Of a stretch of DNA of 64,000 nt, positions 49,012-56,679 are shown one piece after another. The stretch's first letter is position 1; each line of letters starts with the position of its first letter. The notes beneath the pieces were generated by a model. That model was not told the origin of the DNA. It saw nothing but the letters and a program-made list of their open reading frames with translations, and searched no databases. Position numbers and translations under genes: made by a program. The stretch comes from a virus (taxonomy: Duplodnaviria; Caudoviricetes): positions 128,001 through 192,000 of the IMG/VR virus record IMGVR_UViG_3300032265_002598; one strand, 5' to 3'.

Positions 49012-49752
49012 TTATTTCTTAATAATGTTTCTAATCCATGGAATATACATACTAATTCTTGTATGACAACTTTCATCACCGTATGTTGAGTCTGGTTTAC
49101 CATCATACCCCAATACTGAAGAATTTATACCAGCAAGTTTTCCATCTATAAAAAGACCGCCACCACTATCTCCACTACAAATTAAATATTCAAGTTCTGT
49201 GATTTTTTGGCTGGGTTTGGAAGCATTACAGACTAAAGTTCCTCTTTCTATTTTTGTAATATAGTTAGATCCAGCTCTTTTTTTACCATCAAAAATATTT
49301 ACTCCAGTATTGAAATTTCCAGTAAGTCCAACACCAGCAATAGCAGCTATTTTTCCAACTTCATCTGAATCCTCATATAACTCTGGATAAGGAGACATAT
49401 CTACTTGTTCTGAGATGTGACCTACTGCTATATCATAATATCCAAAAATATTGTCACTATATTTTTCATGACAAATAATAGAATCTAAATTGTATTTTTT
49501 ATCATCAACAATTATTTGATGATCTTTCATATTTTTTACAACATGAGCTGCTGTTATTATCCAATTATTATCTACTATTACAGCAGAACCCGCTGCTTGT
49601 CCATTACCATCATAGCAAACAATTTTAACAGTATGTTTAAATTTAGATCCATATTCTATATATTTAGAGTCTTCAACATTGGGATCAATTGTCCCAGCGA
49701 AAGAATTTGAAAGAAATAAAAAAACACCCAGAAGAAAAATTAAGCTTTTCAT
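49012..49752 (-). CDS. trypsin-like serine protease (S1) with signal peptide
   Basis: WIITAAHV, YDIAV, GDSGGG; hydrophobic N-terminus. Confidence 0.92.
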   Translation of the reverse strand: MKSLIFLLGVFLFLSNSFAGTIDPNVEDSKYIEYGSKFKHTVKIVCYDGNGQAAGSAVIVDNNWIITAAHVVKNMKDHQIIVDDKKYNLDSIICHEKYSDNIFGYYDIAVGHISEQVDMSPYPELYEDSDEVGKIAAIAGVGLTGNFNTGVNIFDGKKRAGSNYITKIERGTLVCNASKPSQKITELEYLICSGDSGGGLFIDGKLAGINSSVLGYDGKPDSTYGDESCHTRISMYIPWIRNIIKK

Positions 49753-49779
49753 GGGTCATTCCTTTGACGGATATGTAAA

Positions 49780-50085
49780 CTAAGGTCTATTTTTAACCTT
49801 ATTTAAATACACCGAACAATCTTCTATGACCGATTTATTATAACTCTTAAAGTTCATTAAATGACCAAATAGAAAGTGGCATGGGTCTGCACACAAAGTC
49901 ACAAGATTTGAAGGATCAAGTTCTAGCTCTGGACTAATATGAACTGGGGTTTTATGATGAACTTCTAATTTTTTATCTCTACCACAAGCAATACAATATG
50001 GATTTTCTTTTAAGTGTTGTTTTCTTACATTACTCCATTTTGGAGATCGTACTGCAAACCTAATTTTATTCAGGAAATTAAACAT
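49780..50085 (-). CDS. small HNH endonuclease
   Basis: CIACG, EVHH, NLVTLC, CH; start 50085 in TAATG overlap. Confidence 0.85.
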   Translation of the reverse strand: MFNFLNKIRFAVRSPKWSNVRKQHLKENPYCIACGRDKKLEVHHKTPVHISPELELDPSNLVTLCADPCHFLFGHLMNFKSYNKSVIEDCSVYLNKVKNRP

Positions 50086-51086
50086 TATAATACCTTTGCA
50101 GCAATTAAACATCCTTTAGCAACAGCGTGTAAGGGGTCTGCCGCATGTCTGACTTCTTTAATTTGCAACGGAAATCCATTTTCTTCTAATTTTTTAGCAA
50201 ACTCCTTAATATATCCGTTAGCTTGAGAAGTACCACCGGCTACCACAATAACCAAAGGATTTTTAAATTTTGGTAATGATTTATGGTTTAATAAAGCATG
50301 GGCTAATTGTTTTGTAGTATAGTCTATTAGTCTCTCATAATAAGCTGACACAGCACCTAAAACTGGATTATCATTAGGTTCACCAATCGTAAAACCCCCA
50401 GCCTCTTTCTCTGCCTGCACAACACTATCTGGTTCTCCTGTAGCAACAGAACTCATGCGATCAATCCAGTCTCCACTTTTGGTTGTGCTGAATACTACAG
50501 TAGGTTCGCCATTTAACATAACACAAACATTTGTCATACCAGCCCCACAACTAACAGCAATACCAGTATAATCCTCAACTTCTAATTCAGCATAACAAAG
50601 AGCCTCTGCTTCATTAATAGCTTTAGCGCTATATCCACATTCAGCTAGAATAGTTTTGACTACATCTTCATGGTATCCGACATCAAAATCTTCATCTTCT
50701 TGATCTACTGGTTGAGCAGGGACGCAGAATACTAACTTTTCATTTTCTTCTTTAGCTTTACCCGCTACTTCTTTCAAGATAAAAGCCAATATTTTTTTGG
50801 CATCTTTTTCTTTGGCAGATACTACGCCTTTATACATTGGTCTTTTAGCAGTATCATTTCTTTCTATAGCTTTTTCAATAGCATCTTTACCTAATAGGAT
50901 AAATGATCCATCAGTATCTTTAATAAAAACTTTTCCTGCTAATCCTTTCTCTATCATCTTTGTAGCAACTGGTGTGGTTGGTTTGATAACATAAAAAGCA
51001 TCTCTAAAATCTTTATAAACAATACTATTTTTATTTTCTTTTGATAATACTATGTAACTTGTACCAACGTCTAATCCAGCTGCCAT
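50085..51086 (-). CDS. actin-like ATPase (MreB/MamK/ParM superfamily)
   Basis: GLDVGTS phosphate-1, INEAEA connect-1, SCGAGMT phosphate-2, VAGGTS adenosine loop, AVAKG connect-2. Confidence 0.85.
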   Translation of the reverse strand: MAAGLDVGTSYIVLSKENKNSIVYKDFRDAFYVIKPTTPVATKMIEKGLAGKVFIKDTDGSFILLGKDAIEKAIERNDTAKRPMYKGVVSAKEKDAKKILAFILKEVAGKAKEENEKLVFCVPAQPVDQEDEDFDVGYHEDVVKTILAECGYSAKAINEAEALCYAELEVEDYTGIAVSCGAGMTNVCVMLNGEPTVVFSTTKSGDWIDRMSSVATGEPDSVVQAEKEAGGFTIGEPNDNPVLGAVSAYYERLIDYTTKQLAHALLNHKSLPKFKNPLVIVVAGGTSQANGYIKEFAKKLEENGFPLQIKEVRHAADPLHAVAKGCLIAAKVL

Positions 51087-51089
51087 ATT

Positions 51090-51422
51090 TCACCTCTTCA
51101 TATTTTTAAGTTTATTTATTGAAGTACTTATATCTTCTTCAGATTGATTGATTTCTCCCAAAGATTCGTACTTCTTTTCCATTCCAGATGTCTTAATATC
51201 AACCACATATTTAGTATCATCAATAGACACAACCGTTTTATCTTTTTTCGTTTCTTGAAAAAAACTTGTTGGTTTACTATTAATAACAGTATTACATACA
51301 CCAGCATTAGATTGCTTACCAACAAAATAGCCGATTAAAAACAAACACACCCCTAAGATTAGGAGTGTGCTTGAGAAGAAAATAATAGTGGGTAAGTTTA
51401 TTGATACTGATATTTCATTCAT
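51090..51422 (-). CDS. single-TM protein
   Basis: IIFFSSTLLILGVCLFLIGYFVG then soluble tail. Confidence 0.75.
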   Translation of the reverse strand: MNEISVSINLPTIIFFSSTLLILGVCLFLIGYFVGKQSNAGVCNTVINSKPTSFFQETKKDKTVVSIDDTKYVVDIKTSGMEKKYESLGEINQSEEDISTSINKLKNMKR

Positions 51423-52344
51423 GTTTATATGAGCCTATCACTCTTCCCTTTTGGGTTCTTACAGCAAAACCTTTTCGTACTAGATATGGTTCTATGCTAT
51501 TCTCAATAGTGTCCATAGCAATTCCAGTTAAAGCTGAAATACTCTTTAGGCCCAATCCAGCACCTTTAGAATTAGCAAGCACCTTTAAATACATCTTATC
51601 ATACACATCCAAACCGTCCTTATCAATGCCCTGACTATTAAAGATTTCATCCACACTCATCTTCTTCTCTGTATAATACGCACTACAATTCTTATACCAT
51701 TGTAGTCTACCATTCAGAATTCTAGGAGTTCCCTTGCTTCTTTTAGCAATTTCTAGCAAATCTTCATCACTAATATGTAAACCTAGTTTGTTAGCGTTCA
51801 ATCCTGCTAGTTTAGCTAGATCAATTTCATTATAGAAAGACAAATGTTCTTTAATTTGAAATCTGTCATAAAATGGCTGACTTAAAGATCCACCACTAGT
51901 TGTTGCTCCAACCAAAGTAAATACTGGCAACTCAATAGTCTCTGGCTTTTCTTTGTCTTGTTCATCTTTAACAGTAATATTTAGAACAAAATCTTCCATA
52001 ACAGGATATAGAAATTCTTCGACAATTTTTGGTAGACGATGGATTTCATCAATAAATAAAACAGAATGCTTTTCCATTCCCATAATATAGGGCAAAATAT
52101 TTTTGATACCACGAACAGTGGCAGCATTGATGGTATATAGGTTGACTCCCATCTCAGTAGCTATAGCACTGGCTATTGTAGTCTTTCCTAGCCCCGGTGG
52201 GCCGTCTATTAAAAGATGAGGCATCACACCACCAGAATTTTTACAACCAGCAACCACGATGTTTAACCGTGTAATCACTTCTGACTGTCCAATAATTTCA
52301 CTAAATCGCGTGGGACGAATTGCATTAGCCATTTTTTTCTCCAA
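51415..52344 (-). CDS. ruvB: Holliday junction branch migration ATPase
   Basis: RPTRFSEIIGQ, GPPGLGKTT, FIDEIHRL, GATT, DRF, GTPR. Confidence 0.95.
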   Translation of the reverse strand: MEKKMANAIRPTRFSEIIGQSEVITRLNIVVAGCKNSGGVMPHLLIDGPPGLGKTTIASAIATEMGVNLYTINAATVRGIKNILPYIMGMEKHSVLFIDEIHRLPKIVEEFLYPVMEDFVLNITVKDEQDKEKPETIELPVFTLVGATTSGGSLSQPFYDRFQIKEHLSFYNEIDLAKLAGLNANKLGLHISDEDLLEIAKRSKGTPRILNGRLQWYKNCSAYYTEKKMSVDEIFNSQGIDKDGLDVYDKMYLKVLANSKGAGLGLKSISALTGIAMDTIENSIEPYLVRKGFAVRTQKGRVIGSYKHE

Positions 52345-52738
52345 AGTTTTTTAAAGCCTGTTTGATTAAATCAACGCAAATATAAGTAGGTGTTCTGTCA
52401 AAGGTTGAGACTATTAGTTTCTCAGCTTCACTAATATCAAAACCATATCCAAGTAAAATTGTACAAGATTGTGTTAAAAGATCTAAAGGAATAGTTTCTT
52501 TCTTTTCCTCCGTTTCTGCTGCTAAAGATGACTTCTTTTGAGTCTGACTATAGATAATCTCATTTTTTTCTACTAGTTTTACCCTAAGTATCTCATTGCA
52601 GTCGCAGACTATTCTATATCCTTTTGTCTGTGCCTCTTTCATGGAAATCCAATGGTCTGAAGAACATTTAGGACATCTATATTTTAGATGAACATCTTGA
52701 TCAATCGGTCTCAGGCGTTTCTGTTTGATTGTTGGCAT
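52325..52738 (-). CDS. Zn-ribbon protein with RuvA C-terminal-like domain
   Basis: CPKC...CDC; C-terminal ILLGYGFDISEAEKLI...LIKQALK resembles RuvA domain III; adjacent to ruvB. Confidence 0.6.
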   Translation of the reverse strand: MPTIKQKRLRPIDQDVHLKYRCPKCSSDHWISMKEAQTKGYRIVCDCNEILRVKLVEKNEIIYSQTQKKSSLAAETEEKKETIPLDLLTQSCTILLGYGFDISEAEKLIVSTFDRTPTYICVDLIKQALKNFGEKNG

Positions 52739-53135
52739 CTTCTTTTACCCAAAAAATGAAATCGTTTTTTTCACTGTCGTATCCACTATCCAAAACCCCC
52801 TTGTTAACCAAGGTATTCAAAATATTGCTGACCATTCTTCCGTTCAAATCTTCTATAATCTCTCCTAAAATTTTATCAGTAAGTGAGTATCGAATTTCTT
52901 TACTTTTTTTATTGATTTGTTTTCTAGCATGATTCTTAATGATAACAGATGCTTCCTCATGACTTAGAGTAATATCCATCTCTTCTATTTCTTCTTTACT
53001 CATTATTGATAAAGAAGCTGTCAAAGAATCTGCTGCTACTTCATTAACTTGTCCAAATAAATTAAAAACCAAAGCTCTTGAATGGTCAACAAATTCTTCA
53101 AAATTACTTATAAAAAACCATTTTTCATTCTTCAT
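52701..53135 (-). CDS. hypothetical protein
   Basis: 144-aa coupled ORF. Confidence 0.75.
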   Translation of the reverse strand: MKNEKWFFISNFEEFVDHSRALVFNLFGQVNEVAADSLTASLSIMSKEEIEEMDITLSHEEASVIIKNHARKQINKKSKEIRYSLTDKILGEIIEDLNGRMVSNILNTLVNKGVLDSGYDSEKNDFIFWVKEDANNQTETPETD

Positions 53136-53371
53136 TATACTAATGTTTCACCCTCGTACTTGGGGATTGTTGTCCATTCCAGTTTAGCAGAAAAAGCTGT
53201 TTTGTAAACCACTACTGTTCTATCGGTTTTCTTGTCTTTCTCCATTACCTTTAGAGGAATTCTTCTATCTTGATTAACAGAATTTTCTATAAAGAGAATA
53301 GTGTCCGACATTGTATCACAGACTTTACTTACAGTTTTATCATTAAAATATATCTCAAAATATGTGGTCAT
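53135..53371 (-). CDS. hypothetical protein
   Basis: 78-aa coupled ORF. Confidence 0.7.
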   Translation of the reverse strand: MTTYFEIYFNDKTVSKVCDTMSDTILFIENSVNQDRRIPLKVMEKDKKTDRTVVVYKTAFSAKLEWTTIPKYEGETLV

Positions 53372-53622
53372 TATTTTTTATTAATCTCCGTTTGACAATT
53401 GTTGTGTTTGTCCACGAAAGTTCTTTCAAATCCTAGCTCCGCTAAAATTGGCATCTTATAAAAAGTAATAGTAAATCTTACATTATTATCATCATCTGTC
53501 ATTTTTGTCCATTCTACTCTTTGTGCTTTGCTCATATGAGTTGCTAGATCATATGCAACAAAAGGAGTTTCAGTCAATGAACTGAAGAACATAGCCACAT
53601 ACAATAGTGCTGCTGGTAACAT
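53371..53622 (-). CDS. hypothetical protein with hydrophobic N-terminus
   Basis: 83-aa, RBS GAGGA. Confidence 0.7.
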   Translation of the reverse strand: MLPAALLYVAMFFSSLTETPFVAYDLATHMSKAQRVEWTKMTDDDNNVRFTITFYKMPILAELGFERTFVDKHNNCQTEINKK

Positions 53623-53631
53623 CCTTGTCCT

Positions 53632-54048
53632 CTAATTAAGTATGTCGAACATACCCATATAATAGTTTGGTTGCGAAAGAAAATGAACCGCGTGTGATAC
53701 TAAGTGATTTCTATACGCCACATCTAAATTGTTATGTATAAAGTATTTGGTTTTATAGACTGGTTCTTTATAATGATTGTTCCCCAAAAACAGGGAGTTT
53801 TTAAAGTTCCCTGATTTGGAGAAGTAATCATTCACAGGTAACGAACCTTTATCGAATCCATGTCCAATATACCAGACATTAGAAGGATATTCAACTATGT
53901 CATTTAAAGCTTCGTATAGCATTTTACCCCAAGCATCCCATGCACTAGGATCAAACTTGAAATAGTTTTTATGCTGACTCTCTAAATTGTCCTGACTACT
54001 ATCTTCATAGTCATCATCGTAGTTGTAATCTTCGTCTTGTTGTCCCAT
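53632..54048 (-). CDS. hypothetical protein with acidic N-terminus
   Basis: 138-aa ORF. Confidence 0.72.
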   Translation of the reverse strand: MGQQDEDYNYDDDYEDSSQDNLESQHKNYFKFDPSAWDAWGKMLYEALNDIVEYPSNVWYIGHGFDKGSLPVNDYFSKSGNFKNSLFLGNNHYKEPVYKTKYFIHNNLDVAYRNHLVSHAVHFLSQPNYYMGMFDILN

Positions 54049-54055
54049 AAAATTC

Positions 54056-54334
54056 TCAATTTTCTATATTAGACCATCTTGATCCAGTAGTGGCAATTAC
54101 ATTTGTTCTTGTTGGTTTTCTTCCTCTTCTTGCTCCTTTAAATCCTAATCGACGTATAACATGACACATAGTTTGATATCCGTTATAGAATTTAATGCCT
54201 CTAAAACCATTGTTTTTTATGTGTTCATATACATCGAAAGAACAATTGTATTTCTTCATCAGTTCAACAAATTCTTGTTTTGCTGATTCATCATCAAGCA
54301 ACATCTGCGTTAATTTATTAGTATGTCTACCCAT
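54056..54334 (-). CDS. hypothetical protein, possibly DNA-binding
   Basis: 92-aa, RBS AAGGAG, basic tail RRGRKP. Confidence 0.7.
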   Translation of the reverse strand: MGRHTNKLTQMLLDDESAKQEFVELMKKYNCSFDVYEHIKNNGFRGIKFYNGYQTMCHVIRRLGFKGARRGRKPTRTNVIATTGSRWSNIEN

Positions 54335-54355
54335 TTGTTTTCTCCTTATGTGGTT

Positions 54356-54392
54356 GTGTCAAAGGGTATGGAGTCTCCAATACCCCTGACAC
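54356..54392 (-). other. intergenic stem-loop downstream of RepB-type primase
   Basis: GTGTC..GGGTAT.GGAG/CTCC.ATACCC..GACAC nested inverted repeat, no U-tract. Confidence 0.6.
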
Positions 54393-54399
54393 TAAACCC

Positions 54400-55551
54400 T
54401 CACCCGATACAAAACTTGTCACTAATTTGAGAAGCAAGGTCTTTAGCAGAGTTGGACAAGAATCTATTGTTGCTAAAGTAAAGCGGCGTTGAGACTTGAT
54501 TAAGGAACTCCACGACCGTTTTTAAAAGCTTGGTCTGCTGACCGTCCAGACTCATATCTTCGTCCTCTACGGGCATCCTATCGTCTACCAGAGCATCCTC
54601 ATCTTGGATGGGTTGAACTGGCATTGGATCGCCATAAGCCTTTTGAAAAACTGTACTCTTAGTATAACCATAAACATCCTTATAGGATTCTGTACTATTG
54701 TTATAGTTCTCAGGATTTGAAACTCTCATTTGATTAAGAATTTCTGTGGCAACATTTACTGACACTGGAACTCCCGTAATGTCAGACTTCTTATAAGCCT
54801 TAGCATATTCCTTAAACCACTCATCGCTAGTCTTATTAGCAATAATATTGACCACAGCAGAAACACCATCAAGAGCCTGCTTCAGTTGCTCAATATTTAC
54901 TGGATTGCCAGTTGATCCTGACAAAATACTAGTAAAGTAAGGTTGCTTACCCTCCCAACCTTTTCTCCACCAAGTATAAGGAATACGATAAATCTGATTA
55001 ATCTTAATAGCTCTGGCATCACCACCAAAATGATTTACCAGTTTCTTTTGAATACCGCTCCAATAAGTCTTATGAGGACTATTGGTATTTTGATTTAGAA
55101 TCCAATAGCACTGATAGCCATTACGAGTATCAACAACCCAGCTTGGTTTTACTGGAAAGTTATTGATCTTATTTAAGAACTCCCGCTTCTTTTGCATAAC
55201 AATGCTAGGCTTTAAATAGCTACCCTGCTCATCTCGTCCAGCGTCCATATCAACAAAACAAGCACGAACCCTGCTAATAGCATATTGCTTACGTCCACCA
55301 TTAACATAGAAGTAAGCATCAGCACCTTGACTATCGTTTGCAATAGCAACAGTAGTAAGATTGTCCGTATGGTTCATGCTACTGATCTTCTTACGAGGAT
55401 CGCCATTGTAGCAAAAAATCTGTTGACTACCCAAAGACTCAAAAAACTTATTCCTCAAAGTAATTTGATCTCTTGTTCCAATAGCACTATGAGTCTTATC
55501 GAACGGATTAAAAGCCAAAGTATCACTAAACATTTGTTTTCCTTTTTCCAA
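54400..55551 (-). CDS. RepB-family (AEP-type) DNA primase
   Basis: FYVNGG, RACFVDMD, PSWVVDTRNGYQCYW, RIPYT motifs. Confidence 0.75.
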   Translation of the reverse strand: MEKGKQMFSDTLAFNPFDKTHSAIGTRDQITLRNKFFESLGSQQIFCYNGDPRKKISSMNHTDNLTTVAIANDSQGADAYFYVNGGRKQYAISRVRACFVDMDAGRDEQGSYLKPSIVMQKKREFLNKINNFPVKPSWVVDTRNGYQCYWILNQNTNSPHKTYWSGIQKKLVNHFGGDARAIKINQIYRIPYTWWRKGWEGKQPYFTSILSGSTGNPVNIEQLKQALDGVSAVVNIIANKTSDEWFKEYAKAYKKSDITGVPVSVNVATEILNQMRVSNPENYNNSTESYKDVYGYTKSTVFQKAYGDPMPVQPIQDEDALVDDRMPVEDEDMSLDGQQTKLLKTVVEFLNQVSTPLYFSNNRFLSNSAKDLASQISDKFCIG

Positions 55552-55612
55552 CTTCCTATCTACAATTTTGATATTGGGACAGTAAACACTACCATCAAAA
55601 GCAATATCTTAA

Positions 55613-55694
55613 AAGATGGTAACGGAATCGAACCGTTATTGTACGATAGCAGAAACTATATAGGTGCTACCTTACAAGTTACCAAACACCACCT
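55613..55694 (-). ncRNA. tRNA-like RNA resembling a stand-alone tmRNA tRNA-like domain
   Basis: AGGTGGT/ACCATCT acceptor-like stem with G3.U70; AACGG-TTCGATT-CCGTT T-arm; stemless GTTTGGTAAC D-loop; 13-bp central helix. Confidence 0.6.
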
Positions 55695-55701
55695 TGACTA
55701 T

Positions 55702-56586
55702 CTAGTTATAAAAACCTTCTTCGTCCAACTCATCTTCATCGTCACTATCAAGATCGTCCTCATCCTCGTCCTCGTTATCAAACTGATCCCAATAACTCTC
55801 GTCATAATCATTCAGATAATCATCCTCATCATCTTCGTAATCATCTTCACTGAAATTGGCCTTGTAAAGAGGCTTGAGCAATTCGCCCTCATACTGTCCA
55901 ACCACTTCGTAGCGACAAGTACGAAGCTTTTCACAATTAGAATCGCTTGGAACACTGACTACATCCTTGGGATTGATCTTAACGATCACAATACGATCTC
56001 CAGCTTCCAGACTACCATAATTAGCAACATAATTTAATGCTCCAGCATGAAGTCCATTAGAACAACCACGACCACGATCATCGTCAACTTTTGCTCTTTG
56101 CATTTCGCAGACTTGACCAACACGGTTGTCAAAAACTCCTCTATACTTATCCTTAAAATCTGAACGAACAGCCTTATAAGCGAGAAAGAAACCATCCTCA
56201 GTAATGGGAAGATGCTCATGCTCCAAGAAATCATACAGTTCTTTTTGACTCTGCATACTTGGATTTTCCATGATATTATTCAAGAAATTAACAAGGGGCT
56301 GAAAAGGTAATCCCTTGCTCATAAACTCCAAAATACGCTTACTAATACTACCATGAACTTCCTCGCCCTCATAAAGAACCTGTCCATTCTTGATCTCCAC
56401 AAGACCATCGCTAAAAGCAGCAACAGCTTTCTGAACATCAACAACTTCCAGTAGTTCATCTGCCGTAGCAGTAGGAAGTCTTTCCAGAATCAACTTATAG
56501 TTGATATGATCTGGCAACACCTGATAACTCTGATTATTAAGAACCAGCGTCAAATTACCATCCACAAACATAAACGGAACAGCCAT
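55702..56586 (-). CDS. rIIB: rIIB-like protein with acidic tail
   Basis: LPITEDGFFLAYKAV, GLHAG, VKINPKDVVSVP.D...KLRTCRYEVV; directly follows rIIA. Confidence 0.85.
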   Translation of the reverse strand: MAVPFMFVDGNLTLVLNNQSYQVLPDHINYKLILERLPTATADELLEVVDVQKAVAAFSDGLVEIKNGQVLYEGEEVHGSISKRILEFMSKGLPFQPLVNFLNNIMENPSMQSQKELYDFLEHEHLPITEDGFFLAYKAVRSDFKDKYRGVFDNRVGQVCEMQRAKVDDDRGRGCSNGLHAGALNYVANYGSLEAGDRIVIVKINPKDVVSVPSDSNCEKLRTCRYEVVGQYEGELLKPLYKANFSEDDYEDDEDDYLNDYDESYWDQFDNEDEDEDDLDSDDEDELDEEGFYN

Positions 56587-56630
56587 AATCCAAACTCCTA
56601 GTTTCTAGTTACGATACCTGTGATACTCTC

Positions 56631-56658
56631 ATTTTACACTAATCGGCAAGCTTGTCAA
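56631..56658 (-). promoter_or_regulatory. sigma70-like promoter for rIIB
   Basis: TTGACA-16 nt-TAAAAT. Confidence 0.65.
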
Positions 56659-56679
56659 GGGGTCTTGAGAAATTTCTGA

